A DNA stretch of 64,000 nt from contig CM120641.1 of the NCBI GenBank assembly GCA_051362555.1, positions 29,642,401 through 29,706,400 on the forward strand, written 5' to 3'. The position numbers and the translations under genes were made by a program. Below the pieces are notes generated by a model that saw only the letters and a list, made by a program, of their open reading frames with translations, made no database searches and had not been told where the DNA came from. The stretch is from Lingula anatina. Its lineage: Eukaryota; Animalia; Brachiopoda. This document shows, one piece after another, positions 12,098 to 24,600 of the stretch (position 1 is the stretch's first letter; each line of letters opens with the position of its first letter).

Positions 12098-14103
12098 TTT
12101 AATTTAGCAAGGAGGAACATATCCTCTCTGATAACTATAATGTGTGATATATGTACTATGTCGCATTCTAATATTGAATGTTATACTTGAAGATATTGAT
12201 GAAACAGGTGGGAGTGAAACAGTTATTTTTCTTTATGTTTGTTTTTCATTGTATGTACCTGTGGTGCAGCTTTATCTTCATTGATTGTGGGCTGGCTAAA
12301 ATATATGGCATATGTTAAACAGCAGTGAAAGGAAGGTATAATTACCTGTTACATATCCAAAACATGCATAATATCTGATTATGCTAAATAAGTGTTAATT
12401 TTAAGGAAGTTGTAGAGTGGTTTCTACATGTGTGTATATTGGTTACCCCCTGTAATGTGGATGTTCACGCATTAATAGCCTGCCGTTTTCATTATAAACC
12501 TGGTGGTAATTTAAACACCTGTCCAGCAACATCTCTGTATCAATTTTCAGTTACAGGAAGAAACCTAACATGCTGTTTCCTGCTGCAAGCTGCTGAAACA
12601 TAGTTTTTTTCACTTTTCCCATTAAAGGAAATGGTATGACCTTGCCTGTGTAAAGCAATGAGGCTGGCTTCCTAATGTTTCAGTGCTCTGTATAAAAAAA
12701 TAGATTTCTTTGACACCAAGGAAATTGCATTTTTTATTTCATCATCTTGTAGGTTGTCATTTTAATGTGCTGTTTTACTATTGAATAAATCTCTAAAGTG
12801 GCATGACAACAGCCAAGAATACCTAGTCAGCATCAAATACCATACAAATACAAAGCCCTTCAATGAAATGACCAATATAATTTCATGTTAGAGAATATGA
12901 AAAGGTCACACATTCAATGTAAAAAATCTTTTAAATATAGTCAACACTGGTAAATCTTACTAACCTCCATTTAGATTAACAATCTGAAATGGAATTACAA
13001 TCTTTGATGTATTTACATCTGAAATGTGCACTTTAAATACGACCACAATCAAATTTTCTTTCATAAATATTTATTGAATAACACCAACACCTTGAAAGAA
13101 ACACCACAATCATATTGCATCAACAAGCACAAGACAAAGAAAAACTCCACTCTATGTTTCGATTAAAGAGACTGAAAATATTTGAACCGGTCCCTTTCTT
13201 TGGTATTTAAATACCTTACAGGTCAATTTTCACCTGTTCATAGACTAAACAAAATGAAATAAAATTGTCCAGAGTGCATAAAATAATAGGTACATGTGGG
13301 AGGGAAAGAAAAGATTAAAACCAGACGCATTTAAAAAGATCTGTTAGATCAAAGACCTGCATACAACAAACAGTTGCAAACCTTTCAACTCCTCCATTGA
13401 CAGAAAATAAAGCCATTACTGGTAGCTGTTTGTTGCAGTTTAATTCTATATATCAGACAGAACTAACACATCATCTTAAAGAACTGAAATCACATTCTTT
13501 TTAGCAAAACATCTGTTATAGAAAATGTTATAACATTAATACTAGTACTTCATTCCAGACTAGTTTAACATGCAAATGCAATTGGGCTCTTCCTGATCTC
13601 TGGTTAGGAATACACTTGGAACAATTTAGATCATATCTCCTTTGATATGTCATGTATTGCCCAGCGTCTTTGCCAAAAAATATCGACTTTTAAATCAACA
13701 ACATAAAAAGTCCATTATTTTTGCAATTCAAAAATGCTCTGCTTATCTTCAATACATGTTTTTTAAATTCTTACCATTTTAAGTTTTTCCTTGTGCTTTT
13801 AAGGCAACCATTTTCATATACAAATTTCAAAACATACATTCTATATTAATGCGATCAAAATACTGGCATGCACTATATGTGCAAAACAATGATAGGTCCC
13901 AGATAGATGTGTCACTCCAAACTCATGCATATCTTGAGTATCAGTATCAGTGTGTGCCATCTTTACTTTAATCCCATATACAGAGCAATTCAGTTGCAAG
14001 CATCAGTGCTTAAGAGAATTACTACTAAAATATTGATTCAGCCCAAGAATGCCTCCAAAATGACAGGCTTAAAACCGCCAAAGGTGATGCAGTGACATTC
14101 TGA

Positions 14104-14151
14104 TAATGCGTCTGGAATATCACAACCTAATGCGTCTGGAATATCACAACC
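14104..14151. repeat. Exact 24-bp tandem duplication
   Basis: taatgcgtctggaatatcacaacc x2. Confidence 0.9.
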
Positions 14152-15779
14152 TAACACAGAACTTTCAACAATTTGGTTCCCTAATTGGGTATACTTATGG
14201 CATGGGAATCACATATATTAGATATTTTTCTACCAGCCAAACTGTTAAGAGAATTAACAAAATTGCTGGGCTCTCTCAGGTGCAATCTTTATCATACCTC
14301 TGTTGACAGAGTAACCAAACTTGTCTAATGGCATGTCACTGCAATGATGGTTAGATACAAAGTTTAAAAGGCAACACACACACACTCACATACACACACG
14401 TGTGCACGCGCAAACATAAAAACACACACACCAGTCTGCACATACACAAAATGCATGCTTTTCTTCAACGTCATTACTGAAACCATCTACTTCTACACAA
14501 TAAGAACTGTCAACTGTCACCGTCCTGTATTTATTCACTTATGTGTGGGTGATGGAACTTGTACCTTACAAGTCTATAACAAAGTTTGGGATTAGTCTTC
14601 TTTCTTGTGGCTTCATATGCCATCTAATAACAAAAGTTACTTGCCCCAAGGTAACAATGGAACCATAGTTACTGTTAAAAACTTGTGAATAATCCTTTAG
14701 CCTTACGTGAACAGACAGGGTAAATGATGTTTGCATATGAAGTAAAATGAGAAAGCCCCAGAGCCTGCAGTAATCCCATTTTCTTAATGGATTTGTCATT
14801 TTCTCCCAGATCCAAAAGGAAAAGCCTGAATCAGCGGATTTTGAATAAAATTAGGTCTTGGTAGTGAACTGTGACATTGAAACAATTTTTTTCATGTACT
14901 GAGTAAGAAACGAAGTAGGGATGGAACATTTACTGTACATAAATTTTGCCAAAATCAAATGATGCAGCAATATGTAACTTCTTTCAATTGCAGACATTTC
15001 TATTCATCATGAGCTAAAAACAATGTGACTTCAACTCAGGACATCTCACATATATTTGACTTTTGTTGATTATTTGTAAACATGCACCAATCAACTCAAT
15101 GTTCATTTAACATGAATTTTTTTAAAATAATATAATCGTGAAATATTTGCTCTGTTATGTGACTATACAGACATGTTATTTGGGATAATAGTCAATTCCA
15201 CCATAGAACTATTAAAAAGAATCAAAGGAATCAAGTTTTTTTTTTTATTATAAAACCTGATAGTTAATTTCAAAGTTTATTAAAGGAGGGGGTCTAACAT
15301 GCTCCAATAGATAAAAAAAAAGTAAACAGAATAAAACAGTCTAGCCCCAGTAGAAGATGGACAAGTAGAGATGAGACAAAAGTAAGAGGGAAGGTGGCGG
15401 GGGGAAAAAACATATCAAAAACGATGACATGATCTGCACAGATGTAAAATGGGAGCAATTAAAGGAAATCTAATGTCAAAAGGGCAAACATTTATAGTAC
15501 AAAGGAGTCGCTGCATTCTTTACTTATGTTAATCTAAGAGATTAGATTGACTGCTTCCACTTAATAGCGCCAGATTTCAAGATATCACATGACACACAAA
15601 ATGCCAGTCACAGTGTGACATCGCAAAAGGACCAAAAAGATTCATACAGGTATTGAGCATGCTGCAAACATTTTGACCCACCAGGTCTTATAAATAGGCC
15701 CTTGCTATCACGCATGGAATGCATTGGGCCTGACATATTACATACAATATATATTACACCAATGCCACTGGCTCCTTTA

Positions 15780-17087
15780 CTATGTAATAAAGACATGTAA
15801 ATGTATTGTTACCTGCCACATGAAAAAAAAAATTGTGAAGATGAACTTACCAATAAACATAAGAGATAAAGGCAAAGAGCTTGATCCAGACATCTGTAAG
15901 GCACCCAGTATAATCCCTGTAACTACACAGCAGATTCCAAGGACAGCCAAGCTAATAAGCACCCATCGAAAAGTAGTCAGCGTTGTAAGGCAAGAAAAAC
16001 AACATTCTCTGCTACAACAGAGTTTATCTGCTTCAAGATTTGTTGACTGCCTTGACCTGCGTCGCCTTCTCCCTGAGTTTGAATGACGAGAACTACGACT
16101 GCGGCGATTGTCACTTGTATTTGAAGCACCCTGCCCATGATGAGAAGATCTATGGTGACTTCTCTCTGAGCGCCGTTCCCCATTCGAGCGTGATCGATGC
16201 TGATTCTGCCGTGAAGGTGCATATGGAGGTAACATATGTGAGTTCAGTATATCTGGAAGTCGTTCACTGGGTCCGTTAGGATCCAGTCTACTTACATTGG
16301 GCAGGTTGCTTCGCGTTTGACCTCCACCCCTGTGATCACTGCCACGTCTTGGTGACAGTGAGCTGGCCACATTTGATTGACTCGGTAACTGAGTAACATC
16401 TAGATTCAGACTAGCATTGCTGGTCAACAGTCTTCTCTCGTCACTGATTCCTATCATGTGTTCTGAAACAGCACTGACTGGTCTCGCTCCATTAGGCTGG
16501 GGTGCAGCCCGCCTCGGCTGGTCTGATTGTCTTCTAGGCACTGTGACTACACCCCCAGACATGGCGGATGGAATAGCTGAAGTTGAAATGGTAGCAGCAG
16601 ACGGCAGAGTTGAGCTGTGAGTTTGTCTGGTTGAGCTGAAGTGGGCCCTGGAGGGTCCTTCGACAGCTGTCCCGGTCATGGCTTGCACTCTCACTTCCTC
16701 TGTTTGTGTTCCTACATCCTGCTGTATTTTGTCTTCTGCCCTCTGCTGCTGTGGCTGCCTTACTTCACCCTGATCCTCTACTGTGCCAGTGCCAGTGCCA
16801 CTTTCTCCTGTTGTGCTCCCTGTTTGTACTGATGCACTGCCACCACCACCAGTACTGCTGTGACCTTCATTAGTATCAATCACATCTGGGTAATTAGCCA
16901 CAGTGTGGGACATGTGGACATGTGGCTGATTCACTGCAGGTGGATTACTCTGCACATCACAAGCTGCTACAGCTGTACTTGGGTTGTCTCTGTTTACTGA
17001 ACTCCCTCCACCAGTTTCAACCTCAGTATCACAAACTTTATCTCTTGCGCCTTGTGCTGGTAAGTTTCCTTCCAAGCTGGAAGCCAT
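15780..17087 (-). CDS. Uncharacterised membrane protein: long S/G/T/Q/R-rich disordered N-terminus, Cys cluster, two predicted TM helices; main coding exon probably splices at 15851
   Basis: 435-aa ORF with ATG 17087; LPPY motif; KLCCSRECCFSC then FRWVLISLAVLGICCVVTGIILGAL and LPLSLMFIG; donor G|GTAAGT after 15851; acceptor tttgcag| at 17210; upstream non-coding exon donor G|GTGAGT at 18540. Confidence 0.8.
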   Translation of the reverse strand: MASSLEGNLPAQGARDKVCDTEVETGGGSSVNRDNPSTAVAACDVQSNPPAVNQPHVHMSHTVANYPDVIDTNEGHSSTGGGGSASVQTGSTTGESGTGTGTVEDQGEVRQPQQQRAEDKIQQDVGTQTEEVRVQAMTGTAVEGPSRAHFSSTRQTHSSTLPSAATISTSAIPSAMSGGVVTVPRRQSDQPRRAAPQPNGARPVSAVSEHMIGISDERRLLTSNASLNLDVTQLPSQSNVASSLSPRRGSDHRGGGQTRSNLPNVSRLDPNGPSERLPDILNSHMLPPYAPSRQNQHRSRSNGERRSERSHHRSSHHGQGASNTSDNRRSRSSRHSNSGRRRRRSRQSTNLEADKLCCSRECCFSCLTTLTTFRWVLISLAVLGICCVVTGIILGALQMSGSSSLPLSLMFIGKFIFTIFFFMWQVTIHLHVFIT

Positions 17088-18626
17088 TTATTTATCAACA
17101 AATGACCTCATTGTTATTCACTGGACCATTTACTCCAGGTTCGTTCCTTTCTTTCCACTGTTTTATGTGTTCTGCTGAAGTATTATTTCCTTTGGTCCAC
17201 AAATGACACCCTGCAAAGGATAATCATATAGCTAGGATACTGGTTTGGCATTCGAAAACAATATAAAGCATTGGTCTATGTAAAGCCTATGAAAGTACCA
17301 TAATATAAACAACTTCTGAATATTATTAAATCTGTATCTGGACAACATAGTAAAGACACTTTCATCTTACATCATGTTGAAAAGTCTACACTTAACATTC
17401 CAGTCTGAGATAACAAAATGCCCCTATATAAACAAAAGGAAATAGACTTGATAGTTATCAGATAAGCTGAAAAGTCTGATAGCTCCTAGCAGATACATGT
17501 CTATTCTTTTTTACCAGTCAAGCAATGCAGCAAAGATAATGTTAAATGGTCATGAAAGCCATTAGGTATCAGGTGGTCTAAATGTTTTATATATACTGGA
17601 TAAATGGGGAGGGGGGGATAGAGACCAGTGGGGACAAAGAGAACCTGAGAATGCACTATGCTGTTTGTCTTTAGGCATGTAGATTAGCATCTCCAAAAAT
17701 AAATGCATATTAATGAAAGGTGACATCAAAAGAGGCACAGAGAAAAGATGGATCAACTTTTCCTGACTTTAAACTGCATATGTATCTTAAGAAATAAACA
17801 TTTATATCTCAAGAAAACATGCCAGGGCTTGTTTAAATTGAACAAAGCAAGAACTTACAATATTATAACATCAAATATAAATGAAAGGAATTGAGACAAA
17901 TCTCTCTTTTCTAGCATTAAAAGATAAATGGCTTGACTTTCTATAGATAATCAACATCTTATTTCAATGTTTGGAATTTAAAAATATTGATAAACAATTT
18001 GGGGATTAGATATAACAAAAAAAATAAATAAATAAATAAATAAATAAAAATACAAAAAAATCTTACTTATACAAGAAAAAACTATTTCTTCACTTCAAAA
18101 ATTAGAAACATTGAAAATCACCGATTGAAATAAATTCAAATAACATGTCTTAAATGTGCTGTTTTATATCAGTAATCCATTATCTTTTTTATATCAAGGA
18201 AATGGTTCAGTCACGGTAGTAGCAAAACGTAACATTTTCCTACCCATCTCACAAATCATTCGCATAGTATACACCGTACATTTAAAACACTGATAAATAA
18301 CACACACGTTTGCTTGACCAGTACTGAATAGTGAATAACATGCTCCCTTTAATTTTTAATAAGACCAAGACTAAGAGTGAAGCCACCAGCAAACTCCTCA
18401 AACCTCAGATCCAATCACGCCGTCATGAAGGTTAAACTAAGGATCTTAAATATGAATTTAACCAAATGAACGACGACTCTTATTAGCAATCGCTAGCCTT
18501 ATTACCGAAGCTCAATACGGCGAAGTTCAGTAAACTCACCATGCATGGACAGACTACATGCCTCTTGGACCGCTGTAACAAGGAAATCTGCCACTGTTTA
18601 CCTTTGCATGTTTGGTCGCAGCTGGG

Positions 18627-18636
18627 ATCACGTGAC
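18627..18636 (-). promoter_or_regulatory. CLEAR-like E-box (GTCACGTGAT) near the inferred TSS of the membrane-protein gene
   Basis: atcacgtgac at 18627-18636, in a CpG-richer patch about 90 bp upstream of the first donor site. Confidence 0.45.
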
Positions 18637-20080
18637 AGGAAAGCGATTGCGCACTCTCCACGCACGAGTTTTTTTTAGTTGAAGTTGATGCATTGTGAAT
18701 CTGGAGTCCACTACACAATTTTTACTCATGTTTTTTTTGTGTTAGTTTGATAAATTTAATATTACTGTGTGATTTTTCATCACCAAAATGTATGAAGTTC
18801 TAAAATAAAGATTTTTAATTGATGTAATGTGTCAAAATTATAGCACATTCGTGACTAGACTACTGGTAGATTATAGGAGTGGATTTGGGCATGCAGCGTG
18901 TTGCTAACAGTAGATTCAACGAAAGCGGCCTTTAATCATGTTAGTGACCATTCTTATATTCTTTTTTGATACATTTTTTCTTTATTCTGTGTGTATTTCA
19001 CAACAGTATAAAATAATGACAAAAAAATGCTATTAAATATACTTAAATTTATTCATAAAATAAATTTGGTTGTTACCTTCATCATAGAAGTACTGTAGTC
19101 TCTACTTCTATGCCTACATGTACATCTCTGTGTGAAGTGACAGTTAAAGTTTAGATTTATGCAATGAACTAAAATCGTATACGTTGCTGTTCTTTTTCCA
19201 AGTTTCAAAATTTACTTGATTTTCCCATATGCATCTACAATTTAACATTTATCTGATGATGGGGTTATCTTAATTGATGATATAATAGTATACTAGTATA
19301 TATATATATATATATATATTTAGTATTATTACAGTGAAATGATAAATTAGGTTCCGAGCCAAAGATATGCTACGAATACCCAATCTTATCCTACCGACCA
19401 TTGTAAAAATAAACTGAAAAAAAAAATGATAAAACAATGTAGCAAATATATTGCACAGCTCAAAACTGAAGTGATAAAATCAATAAAGAATAAATAAATA
19501 AATAAACAATTACTATCAATTTTAAACTTTCTACTGCCCATACCAATGTAACCTTTGAATTCAATAAATAGCAATCAATATAGACATTTTTACTCTTGTA
19601 TTTATAAAATAAAACATGGTTTTTTTCACCTATATGTGCAATGTGGATTATCTGGGCATTCAGATTTTAGAAGTATACAAATACAAATGATGTTAACTAT
19701 GGCATCAATGGACAGGTATGGTGTCTCTTCAGTGAAAGACAGCAGAAATCTTTCCAAAGAGAAATATTTAATAACACAAGATTAAAGAAATTATTTCTTG
19801 AAAACATCAATCTTTAGAAACATCGATCATCTTATATGCAATCTACATTTTACATTACATTTTTGTTTAGTGTTAACAAATAACTTCTGAGCATGAGTGG
19901 ATGACCAAGTCACATTTTATCAATATGACAATAATGACCCAACTTGACAAATCACATTACAGTCACTGAACAATTTTTCAAACATACAAAATGCCATTTG
20001 TGGATGGTATTTGGTATTAAGTGTAAATTATAAACTTCTTGTGGCAAAGATTAATATTGTAATGACACATCATTTTTATT

Positions 20081-21621
20081 TTATTTCTTTGGTTTCAGTC
20101 TTTGTTGCAACCATTTGTCACATATATTTTTCACAGCAGGTTGGCCTGCCCTCAGTGCAGCACCAGATATTCTTTGGACATCCTCAACCCGCTCCTCTTT
20201 TACAGCAATCAAGTAGGCCGACTTCAGCTTGCCACATAATATGTAGGCATTGATTTTGTTAGCCTGACTCTTTATAAGCTTGATCAGACTTTCTGCTTCT
20301 TTTGCCTGCAAAATACGAAAAGAAAGTAATGAAACGTGTGAAGTACATGAAGTAACTAAATGACTAAAACTTAATCAAAAGTAGTTACAATGCCTACAGA
20401 CATATTTGTCACTCTGATAGCCACATCAATTTTTTTTAAACTTTATGACTTCACAGCTTGGGGGGGGGGGGGGGGGGGGGGGGGGTGAGGGGTGAGGGGA
20501 ACCCACTTATATCCCAACCATCTCAAATTCCTTCACTAAATGTTACTTCATTGTAATGCCTCTGGAAGTTTTGACTATATTGCTTTTATAACATATCTTA
20601 TCAATTCAAAAATCACAGTCCAAAATTTTTATGTACCACAGGCAATCTCATTTATGAGTATAAAATGAAAATTTCTGGAATGACATGGATTAATTTTCAA
20701 GAGAATCAAATTTAATGTTTTGGATTTTTTTTTTAAATTCCACTTGATATGTAGGTGTAATTTTTCTAACTCTATTACTTTATTAAAGTGAACAACAAAC
20801 CTCAAATTTTTGGAATAACTTGGACTAGGTTTCAAGAGAACCAAATTTAAAGTTTTGGAATTTTTTTAAAATCCACTCGATATGTAGGTGTAATTTTTAT
20901 AACTCCATTACATTATTAAAGTGAACAACACACCTCAGTGGCATCATCTGCCATGACTCTAATACATGCTCCTATGACTTCGTCATAACTCTGGTCATCA
21001 CATAGTCCAGACTCCTGGATGCAGCCCAGTAATTGCTTTACAGAGATGAATTTCTTCTGTTTAGACAGCTGCCGGGCTACTGTGGTGTACACCAAGGTTG
21101 CATTCAACTGGAATTCCTACAACAGAAAAAGCAATTCCATCAATGACTTAATGCCATTTCTGGGTGACTAGATACATAAATGTGAACAAAAAATGTGCTG
21201 TCAAAAAATATCTTTTGCAACAGATCAACTTTATATATAAATACAGCAGCTTCTGCCTACCTGTATTATCCTAAATGCAATACCAAATCCATCATTAATG
21301 TTTTTTCCTGCTACCATAACCTAAAATTTTGCAAATTGATTTTTCATTCATTGTATAAATATGAACAGTCCATGACAAAATGAATTTCATAAACGCACAT
21401 TTTTTTTAAACATAAAATTTTAAGAGTTATGAGCTTGAAGTTCTAAAAGCGTGTTACATTTTTTTTGTTACTTTCAAAAGCAAACATTCATCTCATTGGT
21501 TATATAATCATTTTACCAAACATGTCTTTCAAAAAGACTACAGCAAACAGAAAAATTAATCTTAAATAAAATTTCATCTCATGACCTGAACTCATTACCT
21601 CACAATCAACCATTTCATCCC

Positions 21622-21662
<41 letters not shown>

Positions 21663-24600
21663 TAATAATATTAGTAATAATAATAATAATAATAATAAAT
21701 GCAGCATTTCACCCACCATGTTGACTACATCCACTTTGACATTGTTGTTTCCAAATAAAGTGGGTATTTTTCCTGGTGGGAACATGAGTTCTCCTGCTGC
21801 CGCCCCGGCATTGTAATACTGGTGTAAGAATTTAGTGACTTCCACCTGAAGGCTGATTGTGTTAATGTACCTAAAATATAAAATATTCTATAATAATAGA
21901 ATAATCAATCAAGAGCAGGCAAATCTAAGGAAGAGAATTTCAATAATTTAAAAAATGATTTTAGTGTGTCAGAAGAAAGCTGACAAGTCACTAGACATTG
22001 GGGCCATTCAGAATAAATGATCAGAGTACTAACTGATCTGCCGACTAAATATGGCCCACCCCAATTTAAAAGCGATGCAGCTAATTCCATGATGGTCTCC
22101 CCGCCTCCACATGCACCATCGATGCAGGGACCTAGCAATTAAACCTTTGAGCTGAGATTTAATCCATATAATGGCAAGTGTGGTGGACGGGAGATCATCA
22201 GAAATCAGCAGCATCACTTTTGAAGTGTGGTCGGCCATATTTTTTCAGCCGATCAGTTAGTACCTGGACAATCTATTGTGAATGGCCCCATAGAGAGTTC
22301 CGTTTAATTGTGCAGCAACACTATGATATTTTACAAAGGAACCTTATTTACCCAGACACAGCAAGAGAGCAGGTAAAAAGAATTTCTAACCTTGATTTTT
22401 TCTTTTTTTCTTCTGATTATGTTATAGCCAAATTAAAAGCACTGCCGGTCAAATAAAATTTCAAAGGACCCAGGGATATCATATATAATGTTAATACTAG
22501 GAACATGCACAGAGGAGTGCACATAGGGAGCACTCTTTCCTCTATCTCTGATATACCTATTGACTTCTTTAGGAGGCTGCAGCAGTCTCAAAGTGTCTCC
22601 ACCACTTCCACCCCAGTCTGGTACCCTTCTTCCAGCAGGACCTTTCAGTCCTACCAACCATAGCTTCTGTTCCAGGTAGTCTTCCAAGTGTTGTTTGGCA
22701 TCTTGTATATAGGAGAGACGGTTGTACAAATCCCCATATGATACAGCACCATGTTGGAAAGAATATGAGATGCAAGTCATGGCAGCTCTAACATAATCCT
22801 AAAGAAGAAAAATTTTACAGTGAATATATAAAAATACCCTAGCTGCCATATTCCTAAAAGAGAAAATTACAAAAATGAAGCCACATTACTTAAACAGACA
22901 GAGTTCAAATTTAAAAGAGCTAATGTTATGCATGCTCCTACTTTAGATCTATTTCATAGTTCTATTGTTGTCTTGCATGAAGTCTATGTACTAACAATAT
23001 CATGCAATGGTTTTTTGGCTGTCTCAATTAGGCATTTTTCTCTTTTCCTCATCTCTTCTAACCATAAGGGCCCTTTTTTTTTTTTTCAAAAATGATAACT
23101 TTAACTTATTTCATTCTGAATGGCTTTAACCCCAGCTTTCTTGCTACTGACAATGAAGATGAAACTAGACTAAAGGGTGCCAAAGCCTATTTTGTCACCA
23201 AATTTCTGTCAAAGAGACTCTGGTAAAAATTATCCCTTTAAACTCTCCTGCCCCCTCCTCCCATCTCTCTCTCTTTCTCTCTCTCTCTCTCTCCTACACA
23301 CAAGAGGAACACTTTTTTTGATTTTGGAATAGTGAATGGGGCAACCTCATTTCCAGACTTGTCTGAAAAGTGTATGCTAAGGCCTGATGTGTAAATTAGA
23401 GAAATACACAACTAAAGCAAAGTTTCAAGTCTCACCTTCATGAACAACTGCAACTGGTACAACACTTGCATGTATTTTTTCTTGTTTAGGTATCTACATG
23501 CTGCTTTGAGGTAGGGTGCCCATTTCTCTAGTGTGGTGTCTATTAAGATTAGCTGATCTTGGAGCTTGGCCATTTCTCCAGTCTTCAGAGTGGGGACAAG
23601 AAGACATTCAACAAACACATCTGGTGAGCATCTCTGGAAGGCATGCAATCAAAAGTTTATATGATAATATCAAAGGCTACAGACCATATCAACGTGTTCC
23701 TTAATTAGAAGAATCCAAAACTTGCTAAGCACAAAAATATATTTTCACTTTTGTTGCTTGTACAAGGACATATTTCCTGTGTGCCAAAATTGCCTAATTC
23801 ACAAGTGTCATGTTACTCTGACAGTTTGTCAGTTCAGTCTTTTCACAAGCAAACATAACTGATAATGAATACTTTTCCTCTACCTTGTCTAAAAGATATT
23901 GCACAGCCTTCATCCAATACCCATGTTTTCTATAGAAGCTAATGACGCTGCCATATGTACCATATGCTTTCAGGTAGTACAAACATTCTTGCAACTGTTG
24001 TTCACTGATGTTGGTCTCTTCGTTCTGTACCTGGAAAATATGAACTTTTTGTTTGCAATAAAATATTCCAATAAGAGTGAAAAGAATTTTTTTGTAAAGT
24101 TGTTCTTTCACAAATAAGCTCTGTCTAGTCTTTTCAAATTCAAATGTGTAAAAGTGCAAAAATCTGTAGGCATTTAAATACCTAGTATGTGCATGTGCCA
24201 TAATTCTTGTTTCAAACATTCATTCTACTGACAATGACAATGAAACAATTTCTTTTCATTCATGAACCTACCACAAATGGCTCAGCTATGAGACTGCTGA
24301 TGGACTTCAGAGATGCCTGTAGTGCCTGGATCTGAAATGACATAAACCAATCAAAATTTAACACTTCTCATACATTCAATCACCTGACAAGTTGCAAATG
24401 AAACAGATAAATAACTACAAATTCCAGAATAAAATATGAGTCAGCAAAGCTGTAAAATGGGCAGACATATAGATGAAAAATAACTGATAGAAGCTGTAAC
24501 ACTAAAACAGTATAAAAATGGTGAACAATCAATTTGATGATGAAAGTGCACAAAATGTTTTTTTTTTTTTTTTTTTTTTTTTTTTGGGGGGGGGGGGGTC

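Noticed and set aside
12100-13075. Convergent poly(A) signals (AATAAA near 12784 on plus, TTTATT near 13070) suggesting two 3' UTR ends
   Set aside because: These hexamers are common in AT-rich DNA and no plus-strand gene is visible to own the first
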